From Andalucia godoyi And28 (taxonomy: Eukaryota > Protista > Jakobida), in contig VRVR01000017.1 of assembly GCA_009859145.1 (NCBI GenBank), positions 321,107-385,106 on the forward strand: a DNA stretch of 64,000 nt. The letters are read 5' to 3'. The translations under genes and the position numbers were made by a program. This document shows, in pieces, positions 1 to 9,972 of this stretch (positions are counted from its first letter, which is position 1; each line of letters begins with the position of its first letter). Under the pieces are notes generated by a model. It searched no databases. It saw only the letters and a list, made by a program, of their open reading frames with translations, and had not been told where the DNA came from.

Positions 1-12
1 CCCACAGATCCA

Positions 13-573
13 GTGGATGCTTCGAAGCCCGCGTTGCCTGTGGAGAGTCCTCATTCCCCGGAACCTTCCTCTCAGCCAACTGCAGCAGACACGCAGTCTC
101 CTGCGTCTCAAACATCCGAATCTGACTTCCCATTCACGTATCTTCCGCAGTGGTTCTATGTGCAGGTGACGATCCTCAAGAATGCAAAGAAGAACATCAC
201 GGAGGACTCCAACCCAGTTCTGTTTGCTGTTTCGTTTGGAAGTCCAAAGGCCAAACTGACCTTCCCTCCCACTGCCACGTTCCCGAGTTTGCAAGAACTT
301 CGCAACACCCACATCCTGCTGTTCTCTTTTAAGGGCAAAGATACCAAGAAGGGCTCCTTGTCAGGGTCGCTCGCGCTCTCGCAAGTCGGCAGTGCAGCCA
401 TGCAGGGCGATGCTCTCGTCCTCTCTCCGAAACCCGAGATTGGCACGTTTGCTTTGAATACGAACAAACTGACGAGAGTCATTCTCAAAGCTGACGATGC
501 AAACATCACGCAAGCGTTTGCCTACATCTTCGACTTGCTTCTGGAAACGCACCGCACTGCGCACTCTCCCTAA
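13..573 (+). CDS. Hypothetical protein, possibly 5'-incomplete at the window edge
   Basis: 186-codon ORF with coding-like composition and an AT-rich 3' flank. No family recognised. Confidence 0.6.
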   Translation: MDASKPALPVESPHSPEPSSQPTAADTQSPASQTSESDFPFTYLPQWFYVQVTILKNAKKNITEDSNPVLFAVSFGSPKAKLTFPPTATFPSLQELRNTHILLFSFKGKDTKKGSLSGSLALSQVGSAAMQGDALVLSPKPEIGTFALNTNKLTRVILKADDANITQAFAYIFDLLLETHRTAHSP

Positions 574-712
574 TGAGCCTGTGTTTCCTTCCGTTGTTAT
601 CCATTAATCTTTTCTTTTCTTATTTTATTTATTTAATTCTTTCATGATTTACGCAAAAAAGATTATAATAATAATAATAAAAATAAAAACACAAGTTGAT
701 TTCCAAGGCCAA

Positions 713-770
713 AGTGATTCAGAAGTGCCTCTCCGTCATCCGGTTCAAAAACACTTCATCATTCATACTG
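713..770 (-). promoter_or_regulatory. SECIS element (type II) in the 3'UTR of the SelK gene
   Basis: Minus strand reads AUGAU-GAAGUGUUUUU-G-AA-CCG(GAUGA)CGG-AGAGGCACUUC-UGAA. This gives a UGAU/UGAA non-Watson-Crick quartet, an 11-bp helix II, an unpaired AA and an apical minihelix, about 280 nt downstream of the SelK stop. Confidence 0.85.
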
Positions 771-1042
771 TTTCGTTTTTCTTCATGCTCCTTTCTCTGT
801 TAAAAACGCGGGGAAAAAACAACTGTCCCCTTAAGAAAGTGCATGCTCAACATCAGCTTCAAAAAATCACAACCTTGCATTCTTCCTTGTTTTCTCCACC
901 CCAATCCTTTGACGAAGCTCCGACACTCTTCCCTCGATTCGCCCACCGCTGTTATTACCATTACCGTTGGCATTTCCACTGCCACTGCTCGTATGCAGTG
1001 GTGGTTGGACACAACTAGACAAGAAAGGCGAGTGCGGAGGGA

Positions 1043-1312
1043 TTAACCTCAGGCCCCGGTGTTGCACGATGGCTTGATGCGTCCAATCGTTCGTGATTTC
1101 CCACCCATCATCCCGCCGCTCTTGAATCCCGATGACCCTCCATACGACGTCGCCGAGTTCCTGCTGTTAGACTGGAACACCTCTTCGCTGGACGGGTCCC
1201 AGAGCGATGTGAAGAACGCTGAAACATAGTTGAGGCACACCCAGACTCTCGACGTCCAGTATGATATCGACAGGTAACTCTGGACCGGCTTCCCGTCCTT
1301 GTAAACAGTCAT
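1043..1312 (-). CDS. SELENOK: Selenoprotein K (UGA = Sec as the penultimate residue)
   Basis: Short protein with an N-terminal membrane segment (SYWTSRVWVCLNYVSAFFTSLW) and a G/R/S-rich tail (SRTIGRIKP). It ends TGC AAC ACC GGG GCC TGA GGT TAA = CNTGA-U-G-stop, and a SECIS lies downstream. Confidence 0.88.
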
Positions 1313-1735
1313 TTTTTGTACTTTCCTCGAGATCGTCTTCTTCTAGCTCATAATCGTAATCGAACGTTGTGGATACGAAAAACCCTCTCCACTAAAAGCA
1401 TTTCTTTCTTGTTTTGAAGGAAATGAGAGTCGGAGGCGGGCAATTTCAAAAAACAAAAGACAAGTGTTTGAGTGACGTGTTAAAAAAGCGCACAGTCGCA
1501 ATGTGTCGACTTGATGCTGTCGGGCTTTTTTTCCAAATCGGGATGCAACTGCCCCCCCCCCCCGCCCAGAAAGACTCACACACGAGTCAAAAGAACTCAG
1601 AGGGAATTGCACTCTTCGGTATTCGTTTTCATTATTCGCTGCATTTTTCGAATCTCATATTTAAAAGAACAGATGATTAAAGATTTAAAAATAAATAATT
1701 AAAAAATAGAGAACACGGAAACGACGAGAGTTGAG

Positions 1736-2686
1736 ATGGCCAGTATGATATTGAAGAGCATTAGTCCGAATACCACCAAGCTTGGTTTCATCGGAGTCGG
1801 TGTGATGGGCCAGTCGATGGCAGCACACTTGATGAAACATGGATATGCAATGACTGTTTATTCGCGGACTGCATCCAAGTGCGCGGCGCTTGTGGAGGCC
1901 GGAGCAAAGCTTGCGCGCTCCCCAAAGGAGGTCGCTGAACAGTCGGACATCATCTTTTCCATTGTCGGGTATCCGAAAGATGTTGAATCAGTCATGCTGG
2001 GGTCTTCTGAGACGGGTGCGCGCGACGCGGTCATCGATGGAGTGAGGCCGGGATCGATCGTGGTGGACATGACCACTTCAAAGCCGTCGATTGCAAAGAG
2101 GTTGCACGAACTCTTCAAGGAGAAGTCAGTGTTTTCCATGGACTGCCCAGTGTCTGGAGGAGACATTGGTGCGCGAAATGCAGCGCTGACCATCATGTGT
2201 GGTGGTGATCAAGAGGTATTTGATGCACTGGTTCCGGTGCTCCAGTGCATGGGAAAGACAGTGCGACTTATGGGCGGACCAGGCATGGGCCAGGCAACAA
2301 AGTGTGCGAACCAAACGATGATTGCGTCGACAATGGTTGGTGTTTGCGAGGCGCTGTTGTTTGCACACAAGTCCGGGCTCAACGTAGAGGACGTGATTGC
2401 GGTTTTGTCCGGGGGAGCAGCACAGTGTTTCAGCTTGACTTCGTACGGACCGAGGATCTTGAAGGGAGACATGAAGCCGGGGTTCTACGTCGAACACTTT
2501 GTCAAGGACATGAAGATTGTGCTCGAAGAGTGCGATCGCATGGGGATCGTCCTCCCCGGCCTTACGCAGGCAAAAATGCTGTATGAGATCTTGATTGCAC
2601 AGGGCGGCGGACGCCTGGGAACTCAGGCACTCATGCTCGCTCTGGAGAAGCTGAACAACATCGAGTTTGTGCCGAAGAATCTGTAA
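1736..2686 (+). CDS. 3-hydroxyisobutyrate/2-hydroxy-3-oxopropionate reductase family NAD(P)-dependent dehydrogenase
   Basis: LGFIGVGVMG Rossmann motif, DCPVSGGDIGA, catalytic K in GQATKCANQ, GFYVEHFVKD. Confidence 0.9.
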   Translation: MASMILKSISPNTTKLGFIGVGVMGQSMAAHLMKHGYAMTVYSRTASKCAALVEAGAKLARSPKEVAEQSDIIFSIVGYPKDVESVMLGSSETGARDAVIDGVRPGSIVVDMTTSKPSIAKRLHELFKEKSVFSMDCPVSGGDIGARNAALTIMCGGDQEVFDALVPVLQCMGKTVRLMGGPGMGQATKCANQTMIASTMVGVCEALLFAHKSGLNVEDVIAVLSGGAAQCFSLTSYGPRILKGDMKPGFYVEHFVKDMKIVLEECDRMGIVLPGLTQAKMLYEILIAQGGGRLGTQALMLALEKLNNIEFVPKNL

Positions 2687-2884
2687 TATGCTTGATGTTT
2701 TTTCCTTCTTTTCTTTTTTTTTCTTTTTAGGGCATTTTAAACATTAAACAATAGTCATACGAAAATGCAGACTTTAGTCGGAGGATGCAAGAATTGTTTT
2801 ACTCAATACGCATTCGATGTACAGTTTTTCTCTCTTATTCTTTCTTTCTTTCTTTTTTTTTTTTTTGGTGTGTGGAGGCAGCAA

Positions 2885-4093
2885 TCACATTATTCCAGAT
2901 TCCAGATTCCAGCTGTTGAGGAGCATATTCCAACAGTAATCGGTGAACGACCAGCCAATCTCAGCAGCGGCCATTGCAACTAGACAGTCCTGCTCTTCTC
3001 GGCCGGGCCTTCCACGGCCAGTCAGGTTCGGTTTCATGTTGAGGTCAAAGAGGAAGAATGGCGATTCTGGCGCGCGGGTGCTTTGTCGAGCGTCTATCCG
3101 CAACGGGGCCTTGGGTGCCACGATCTGAGCAGCACGGACACATTCTTCGTACAGCGACTTGTAGATCGGATCCTCGTGTGCCAGTGACTTTGGGACGGCC
3201 TTGCTGTTTCTGATTACCGGTACCTCGCGGTTGGACGGCATAACGCCGTTGACTTGAGAGAACCGCAACACGGCAGGCAAACACCAATACTGCTCCATCG
3301 CTGTTTGCTGTCCGTCAATGATATATTGGCCGGGGGGCATCACTGTCACAGTCACTTCGTCTCCTTCCAGAAATGGTTCAACCATCAGCGCATTCCCAAA
3401 CGACCTGTCCTTGATCATGCGCTGCACTGTTTCCACAAACACTTCGGGTGTGTCACAGCGCACCACCCCGGCACTACCTCGGCCTCGGACAGGCTTCACA
3501 ACAACTGGGAATGTAAATCCACAATCTTGCATTATGTGGCTTTCTGCATTCCAACTATCCACATCCACCAGCGTCGTGTTGGCATGTCGTTCATCCAGTT
3601 CGTCCCGCTGCAACGCTTCATGCGGCCACAAACTGCTTCGCGATGTGGCTAGAAAAGAAGGTGAGGCACGCACGCCGCACGAAATGAGCAAGTCATTTGT
3701 CACTTTCTTGTCGTCGTACTTGTGCGTAAGGTGGACCGGTTGGCCCACAGCCCGGATGCAGGAGCGATGATGACGCTGGAATTTCTCGATGGGATGTCCA
3801 TTGAACAAGATGGTGTTGAGCCACAACACATTTGCACCGCAATCCACGACATGCCGGATAGATTCTTCCGTGTCTGGAAAAGCCCAGTGATCGTCTATTG
3901 CAGGATCAGGGTGCGGGGCAGGAACCAGTACTTTGCATCTATGCCGAGAATGCCGAGAGTGCAATGCAAACGCAATATCCGCACTTGAATCTCGGTATCC
4001 ACCAATCTTCATTGGCTTCACAATCCCATCGATCGCTGGCGGTGGTGCTGCTTGATACAGTACTGCCAGCACAATTTCCTCCTCCGTCTCCAT
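2885..4093 (-). CDS. ATP-grasp ligase (D-Ala-D-Ala-ligase-like family of unknown substrate)
   Basis: VVVKPVRGRGSAGV, LMVEPFLEGDEVTV, LRIDAR and DLNMKPN ATP-grasp motifs. First plausible ATG at 4093. Confidence 0.8.
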   Translation of the reverse strand: METEEEIVLAVLYQAAPPPAIDGIVKPMKIGGYRDSSADIAFALHSRHSRHRCKVLVPAPHPDPAIDDHWAFPDTEESIRHVVDCGANVLWLNTILFNGHPIEKFQRHHRSCIRAVGQPVHLTHKYDDKKVTNDLLISCGVRASPSFLATSRSSLWPHEALQRDELDERHANTTLVDVDSWNAESHIMQDCGFTFPVVVKPVRGRGSAGVVRCDTPEVFVETVQRMIKDRSFGNALMVEPFLEGDEVTVTVMPPGQYIIDGQQTAMEQYWCLPAVLRFSQVNGVMPSNREVPVIRNSKAVPKSLAHEDPIYKSLYEECVRAAQIVAPKAPLRIDARQSTRAPESPFFLFDLNMKPNLTGRGRPGREEQDCLVAMAAAEIGWSFTDYCWNMLLNSWNLESGIM

Positions 4094-4385
4094 CCTCCTC
4101 TGGGCCCAAAAAAGAGAAATAAAAATAATAAAATAAATATAAAAAAACGTGAAAAAAACTGGCAATGCGAACACAACTGTACCGATCGGCACACTTTTGA
4201 CTGGTGCGCGGAGTGAAACGGAGCGCTACAGCAAGCGTTTCGGAGAGCGAGTTTTAAAGCACATTTTGTGGGGGGGGTTTTGGTTTTGTTTGGAGATGGT
4301 TTCTCTTCTATTTTCTTCTGTACGTCTTCGTGTTGTTTCTATTATTGTGTGCTAGATAGTTCGAGAGAAGCAGACGGTTGAGATC

Positions 4386-5291
4386 ATGTCGGTTTCCAGT
4401 GCAGACAAGGCGCGCGACTACTACAATTCTGCAGATGCGGATAACTTTTACCATGCCATTTGGGGCGGCACAGACATCCACATTGGGATTTACACTGGTT
4501 CTACGAACGCGGAAATGCTCGCAAAGACTGTTTCCGACGATTTGTCTGGGGCTTCGTTTGAAGAGACGATCCACGGAGCATCCCGACGGACAGTTCGTGA
4601 GATGGCATCGCTGATTCCTCCGTGCTTGCTGGACGCAGAATCCAAAAGAGGAAACAAGGTCCTTGATATTGGTGCTGGGTATGGCGGGGCTTCGCGATAT
4701 CTTGCGTCGGTTCACTCGGTTCCTGTGGTATGTTTGAACCTTGCTGCTGCGCAAAACACGCGAAACCAAGAGATGAACTATGCCGAGAATCTGCACAGTC
4801 TGGTGACGGTTGTCGAAGGAAATTTCGAGTCACTGCCGTTTCCGGACGCTTCGTTCTCTGTAGTGTGGTCACAGGATGCCATCCTACACTCGGATAAGAA
4901 AGAAAAGGTGTTCTCGGAAGTATCGCGTGTGTTGAGGCCTGGTGGAGTGTTCGTTTTTTCGGATATTGTCGCAACGGACCATGCAGATGAAGATCGGCTG
5001 AAGCCCTTGCTGCAGAGAATCCACTTGTCGCAGTTTGGCTCCGACAGCACGTATAAGCGAATTGCATTGGACGTAGGACTAGAGTGGAAGCAAACGAGAC
5101 CGCTTCCGCAAAACGCACAGATGCATTATGCGCGTGTTCGGCAAGAGCTGCGGTCGCGAAAAGCAGCCAACCAACTCGACATCTCGGACGAGTATGCCCT
5201 TGGAATGGACAAGGGTCTTACGCTGTGGGTAAAGGGATTTGCAGACGGCCACGTATCATGGGGATTCTGGCATTTCCAAAAGCCATCTTAG
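4386..5291 (+). CDS. Sarcosine/dimethylglycine N-methyltransferase-like (betaine synthesis) SAM methyltransferase
   Basis: DYYNSADADNFYHAIWGGTDIHIG N-terminal signature, VLDIGAGYGG motif I, VVWSQDAILHS, RVLRPGG. Confidence 0.85.
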   Translation: MSVSSADKARDYYNSADADNFYHAIWGGTDIHIGIYTGSTNAEMLAKTVSDDLSGASFEETIHGASRRTVREMASLIPPCLLDAESKRGNKVLDIGAGYGGASRYLASVHSVPVVCLNLAAAQNTRNQEMNYAENLHSLVTVVEGNFESLPFPDASFSVVWSQDAILHSDKKEKVFSEVSRVLRPGGVFVFSDIVATDHADEDRLKPLLQRIHLSQFGSDSTYKRIALDVGLEWKQTRPLPQNAQMHYARVRQELRSRKAANQLDISDEYALGMDKGLTLWVKGFADGHVSWGFWHFQKPS

Positions 5292-5560
5292 AGGGAGGAA
5301 GCGAGAGAACTTCTGTGCTTGTTTTGTTATTTTTGCCGTTTGCCGTTTGCGGTGCAACCCCGCATTTACCATTTAAAAGAAGAAAAACAATGAAGCCTTT
5401 TCCCGTGCGCGGGCACATCTCTTTGCTGGCACCCTCTCACTTTTCCTCTCTTGCAAAAATAATGTACATAATGTTGTGCGCATGTTCCTTTTGCGCCCCT
5501 TGGCATCATCGTCGTCGTCGTCATTGTCGTCGTCGTCGTCGTCGTCGCCGTCGCTTACTG

Positions 5561-6040
5561 CTACACATAGAATATCCTAACGCGGGCATGGGCAACGACA
5601 TTGTCAGCGTCCATGAACTTCGTGTCGATGACGAGGTTTCCAGACAAGACTTCCGCAGGAATCATGTTTTCTCCGCCTTGGGCCTCAACGACTGTTTGCC
5701 AAGAATTTGTCGAATTGGGAATGACAAATCCAAAATCAAACGTCCACTCCTCAATCTCCTGGTCACCCAGATACACGTGCTGTTCCAAGCGCATCGCCGC
5801 CATCAGATCGCGGCTGTAGAACTCGATTGTCCGAGACACCTCCAAACACTGGAGGACGCTTGCTGGGATATGTGCCTCGAGTTCCGGCACTGTATTCGAC
5901 CCGTTGGACACGAACACAAGCTTCGCAGCATCAAATCCAGCATCCAGTGTTGAATCCCACATAACCTTCCCGCTCTCGCCGTCGTGCATGGACATCCCAA
6001 CAATTCGAAATGCAACATTCGGATCGTCCACTTTGCTCAT
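5561..6040 (-). CDS. PDE6D: PDE6-delta / prenyl-binding ciliary trafficking protein
   Basis: VSRTIEF, EEWTFDFGFVIPNSTNSWQ, PAEVLSGNLVIDTKF, RVRIFYV. Confidence 0.92.
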   Translation of the reverse strand: MSKVDDPNVAFRIVGMSMHDGESGKVMWDSTLDAGFDAAKLVFVSNGSNTVPELEAHIPASVLQCLEVSRTIEFYSRDLMAAMRLEQHVYLGDQEIEEWTFDFGFVIPNSTNSWQTVVEAQGGENMIPAEVLSGNLVIDTKFMDADNVVAHARVRIFYV

Positions 6041-6371
6041 CTTTGCACCAACAACACCTGCCCACCAGAGCACACGCAACGGCAAAAGCAATAATAATTA
6101 TTATTATAATAGGAATAGTAATAGTAAAACGAAGAAGAAAGAAGCAGCATTAATTTGAAAAAGATAGAAAGGAGAGAAAGAAAAACGTCCAAATAAAGGA
6201 AGAGCCCGCAACGGATAAGGAATGTCCTTGACATCTTGATGTGTGTGATGTGCGACAAGTTTGACTGATTACAAATTCAAAAACAAAATAAACAATACAG
6301 CATACAGGGACAAAGGGAAACAGAAAAAAAATCATCGGCCGGACTTTTGAGTTTTTCTGAGAGAAGACCGC

Positions 6372-6555
6372 GCCTACACTGTACGCTAACCCACGGATAA
6401 TCATCGCTGATCACCCATAATCAATGTTGCAGCCCAACAACATGCATAATGCAACGCGGTGGCGTATTTATAAAACGCTTGTGCATGGCGCGTGCCAGTG
6501 GGTTTGCTTACGTGCGCTCTAGATTGCTTCAACATATCGCAATAGATGGCTGCGG
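6372..6555 (-). mobile_element. Internally deleted non-autonomous copy of the Fanzor-like relic at 48079-48634
   Basis: Colinear similarity to 48079-48634, including the block ggataatcatcgctgatcacccataatcaatg, with two internal deletions. Confidence 0.7.
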
Positions 6556-6709
6556 TTTCCGAATTTGCCTGAGCAAACGAAAGCCACCCCGCTTTGTTCT
6601 CCAGATTCATGAATGCTGATTTTCTTTGCATTTGCACTTGGATTTTCTTCTTCTTCTTCTTGTTTTTTTTTTGCGACTGATTTTTCATTAAAAATAGTGG
6701 ACCAGAGGC

Positions 6710-8272
6710 ATGGGAGAGGAGTCCTTTCGGTTGCTGTCGAATGATTCGTCTGGTCCAAGGGCTGTGGTTCCGCGGAGTCGAAGGTTTCTTGATTTCATGA
6801 ATGTGTTCAAAGCGTTTATTGGGGCGAACTATTTGACGACATCGTTTGCGTACTCGCAAGCTGGATATGCATTGGGGGCAGTTGGTATGGTTCTCGTTGC
6901 ATGGCTGACGGATTTCTGCTGTGCGCTGATTGTTGATTGCAAAAAGTTTGTATTGGACGATCTCGAGCGCAAACGCGCATATGAATCATCATCGGCATCA
7001 TCATCATCATCGTTGTCGTCGTCTGGTGCAGGTATCGCGGCATCTAGGGGGATGATGACGGTGATGGGTGATCTGGGCAAGTCCAGCCACCCGTCTTCGC
7101 GCAAGGATGCAACTGCTGCATCAACGACTGACAGCATAAACACCGAATACTCGGCTGTGGATGAACGGGAGGCACTGGAAATGACGTTCACGTACGAGGA
7201 TGCAGCACGTGCGGCGTACGGAAAATGGGGTGTGCGCGTCACAAAGTCCGTGTTGTTCTTCACACAGTTTGGATTCTGCGTTGGGTATTTTATCTTTTTG
7301 GGCCAGGTTCTTCATTCGCTGCTTCCAGACGTCAATATATTGTTATGTGTTGCAATGCCCTTTCCTTTCTGTCTTGGATTGTCGCTTGTGAAGGACATGA
7401 GGAAGTTCTCTGGAATTTCCATGGTTGCAAACATCTGCGTGTTTTCTGGTTATGTTGTGGTGCTGATCGTGTGCGGATACCACATCAACCAGCAGCTGCA
7501 CGGATCCGAGAGCAAGGCACACATTGTCCCTGCAAAATGGAGCACATTCCCGGTGTTTCTGGGAATGACTGCCGGCGCATACGAAGGCATTGGATGCATC
7601 ATCCCGATCGAGTCGTCCATGAGAGAGAACAGAGGCGCATTCCGAAGTTATCTGCACGGAGCTGTCGGGCTGATGACAGTGATCTTGGCCACTTGCGGAT
7701 TGCTCGGCTACGGCGCATACGGAGATGACACTGCCCAAATCATCATTCTCAACTTTGACAATTCCGCGGGCTACGTCAAGGCGTTACGTGCAACTCTGTG
7801 CATTTCGATTCTGGGCACGTTTCCTATGCAGTTGTTCCCCGCAGTGCAGATCGTCGAGCTGTTCATCAAGAAGTGGGCTTCGAGACGGCGACCGTCGTTG
7901 ATTGCAAAGATCTCGCACTCGTCATTTGTCGACGAGGACGAAGATGGCGACGATGATGATCGAAAGTACGCACTGATGGATCTGCCAATATGGCTGCAAA
8001 ACATCATCCGGGTCGTCATGGTCATTGTTGCGTGTGGACTCGGACTCGCATTCCGAGACTACTTTGCGTATTTTGCTGCCATTGTCGGTGCGATTGGTGC
8101 CTCCTCTCTGTCGTTCATCTTACCGTGTCTGTTCTACAACAAGCTCGTTCCGGAGTCGAAGAGAACTCGCGCTGCGGTCATTCGAAATTATGCTATTGCA
8201 GTAATCGGCATCGTCGGCGGACTCGGTGCCGTTGTCATTGCCCTGTCCGCGATTGTGGGTGCCGACTTATAG
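6710..8272 (+). CDS. Amino acid/auxin permease (AAAP/SLC36-like) transporter
   Basis: NVFKAFIGANYL, FFTQFGFCVGYFIF, GAYEGIGCIIPIE, FPMQLFPA, about 11 TM segments. Confidence 0.9.
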   Translation: MGEESFRLLSNDSSGPRAVVPRSRRFLDFMNVFKAFIGANYLTTSFAYSQAGYALGAVGMVLVAWLTDFCCALIVDCKKFVLDDLERKRAYESSSASSSSSLSSSGAGIAASRGMMTVMGDLGKSSHPSSRKDATAASTTDSINTEYSAVDEREALEMTFTYEDAARAAYGKWGVRVTKSVLFFTQFGFCVGYFIFLGQVLHSLLPDVNILLCVAMPFPFCLGLSLVKDMRKFSGISMVANICVFSGYVVVLIVCGYHINQQLHGSESKAHIVPAKWSTFPVFLGMTAGAYEGIGCIIPIESSMRENRGAFRSYLHGAVGLMTVILATCGLLGYGAYGDDTAQIIILNFDNSAGYVKALRATLCISILGTFPMQLFPAVQIVELFIKKWASRRRPSLIAKISHSSFVDEDEDGDDDDRKYALMDLPIWLQNIIRVVMVIVACGLGLAFRDYFAYFAAIVGAIGASSLSFILPCLFYNKLVPESKRTRAAVIRNYAIAVIGIVGGLGAVVIALSAIVGADL

Positions 8273-9022
8273 ACGATTTCCAAGAGGAGACAAGTAAACA
8301 AGAAGCGTGGAAAGCGGCACCAGAATGTTATCGATTTCTCGGGGCGAGCACGCTTCAACCACTGTGGCAAGCGCGCTTGCAACTACCAGGAAAGGCAGGC
8401 TGTGGAGTGCCGCGTCACCCCCAAACATGAACGCCACATTCCCTGCCGAGCCAAGCACTGAACCAAGGAGCATGAATGCAGAGCCTTCCAGCGTCTTGGT
8501 TTCCACAATGCGATATGGATGACGACCGAAGTAGCATCCTCCAACAGGTGCCAATCCATCTCCCCATGCAAGCACGCCCATAAGAACCGCACCAATGATT
8601 GTATCAAACGCGAACACCCCGACCGCGATCATGAGGAGCGTGAAATACAAGGGTCCTTTAAGCAGCTCAGCAGGATGGCCGGATCGACACACGCTGCGCA
8701 CCAATGGATCACAAAGGACTTTCACCGGAATTGATTCTCGTCTTGCCTGGTTCACATACGGCAGTCCTTTCATACAGAAAACCACAGAGAACATCGCAGG
8801 GACAACGATGTTGAAAATCCACGAAAAGCCATCATCTTTTGAAAAAAACGGGTGCGAAAGTACCCAGGTGCCAGCAAAGACATGCACCAACTTCCGGGAC
8901 AAAAACACGGGAATCACATGCTTTGCAACGAGAAAATCCAGACCTCCAAGAATCGCTTTGACATACGCTACCGTGCAAGCCGCAACAGCCACATTCAGCC
9001 AAAACGGAGACATCCCCTCCAT
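8267..9022 (-). CDS. Phytol/farnesol kinase-like (cytidylyltransferase/dolichol kinase family) membrane kinase
   Basis: SRKLVHVFAG, ELLKGPLYF, LAWGDGLAPVGG, KTLEGS, IDNILVP. Confidence 0.88.
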   Translation of the reverse strand: MEGMSPFWLNVAVAACTVAYVKAILGGLDFLVAKHVIPVFLSRKLVHVFAGTWVLSHPFFSKDDGFSWIFNIVVPAMFSVVFCMKGLPYVNQARRESIPVKVLCDPLVRSVCRSGHPAELLKGPLYFTLLMIAVGVFAFDTIIGAVLMGVLAWGDGLAPVGGCYFGRHPYRIVETKTLEGSAFMLLGSVLGSAGNVAFMFGGDAALHSLPFLVVASALATVVEACSPREIDNILVPLSTLLVYLSPLGNRL

Positions 9023-9289
9023 CGTCAATCGTCTCACGCAGTCTTTCTCAGTCTCGGTGCAATGGTTTTATTCCTCCGTGTTTGCGGCAGTGCTAAATAC
9101 AACGTTTCCCAGCATGAAAAAAATAATAATAAACGTCTCAAAGCAACTCGATGCAGGAGTCAATTGACACAAAGTACTCTGGTGCAAGTCTTCAAAAAAT
9201 AATAACAACAATCATAATAATCCAAAGTCTCCAACGTAAAAATAAAAATAAAATAAAAAAAGCTGAGGTCTCTAACCGCTCGCCAGAAT

Positions 9290-9840
9290 CATTATTGGTC
9301 ATCGGCTAAGCTGTCACATCCAAGCCACATGTTGTTATTTGGGACGAGCACCACCTCTTCAGTGCGGTCAAGGGGTCATCGCAACGAACATATTCCCGAA
9401 TCGATTCAACATTCAATAAATGAACGTTGAAGGAAGCCGGCGGCGTTGCACATCGCTGCACCCTCTTGCTCTCTGACTTGAAAGCGCATTCCGAACGCGC
9501 AATCGACCACATCTCCGTGATTTGATGATCATCCGCTTGCTCAGCAAGTTGCGACGAGAGGGGAATCAACGGGTTTCTTGGTTCTCGGTGTCTTCGGGCA
9601 TGGCCTCGGATTGAGTTTGTTGGGAAGATCCCTCTTTGGAGCCATGAGACGCTTTGTCTTTGTCTCGGATGAAAGATGCTGCGTGAGGGTTCGATAATAA
9701 AAGACAAAACAGAAAAGAATAATAGAAAGAAAAGAAACGTGGAGACTGAAGACATTCGAGACTTGACTACGGTAAGAGCATCGCGTCCCCATTGAGTTGG
9801 ATGAACACAAACTTCCGGTATGATGTTTTGTTTGCTTGAC
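9290..9840 (+). mobile_element. Dispersed repeat family A copy 1; decayed Fanzor/TnpB 3' half plus candidate omegaRNA
   Basis: Near-identical inverted copy at 21545-22052 and a deleted copy at 37810-38035. Frameshifted translation gives HVVIWDEH-TS-V(C)SR(C)H (RuvC-II/Zn) and CSLT(W>stop)KR(D>I)PNA-AI(N)..I (RuvC-III WNRDxNAAxNI-like). Confidence 0.65.
9570..9655 (+). ncRNA. Candidate Fanzor omegaRNA scaffold core (structured RNA)
   Basis: Stem GUGUCU-(UCGGG bulge)-CAUGGC...GGGA(AGA)UCCC...GCCAUG-AGACGC. Copy 3 has GCAUCU/AGAUGU (a G-C to A-U compensatory change) and a changed loop, ACA. Confidence 0.5.
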
Positions 9841-9972
9841 ATTCACGAACCAAATGATCAACCGTATCAGTACGTTTTGAATGCTGCATGCTTATTTCAG
9901 GTGGTGTGAGTGACTCGTAGGGTATACTGATTTATTGATTTAATTAATTAATAATATTATTTTTGCGGAAGA

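Noticed and set aside
9330-9560. Resemblance of family A to U3 snoRNA (gagcacc, gaagccggc..ggcgttgc, ttgatgatc)
   Set aside because: No U3 5' GAC/box A'/A, no GAGCGUGA box B, and no terminal box D stem. The same bases translate into Fanzor-like motifs.
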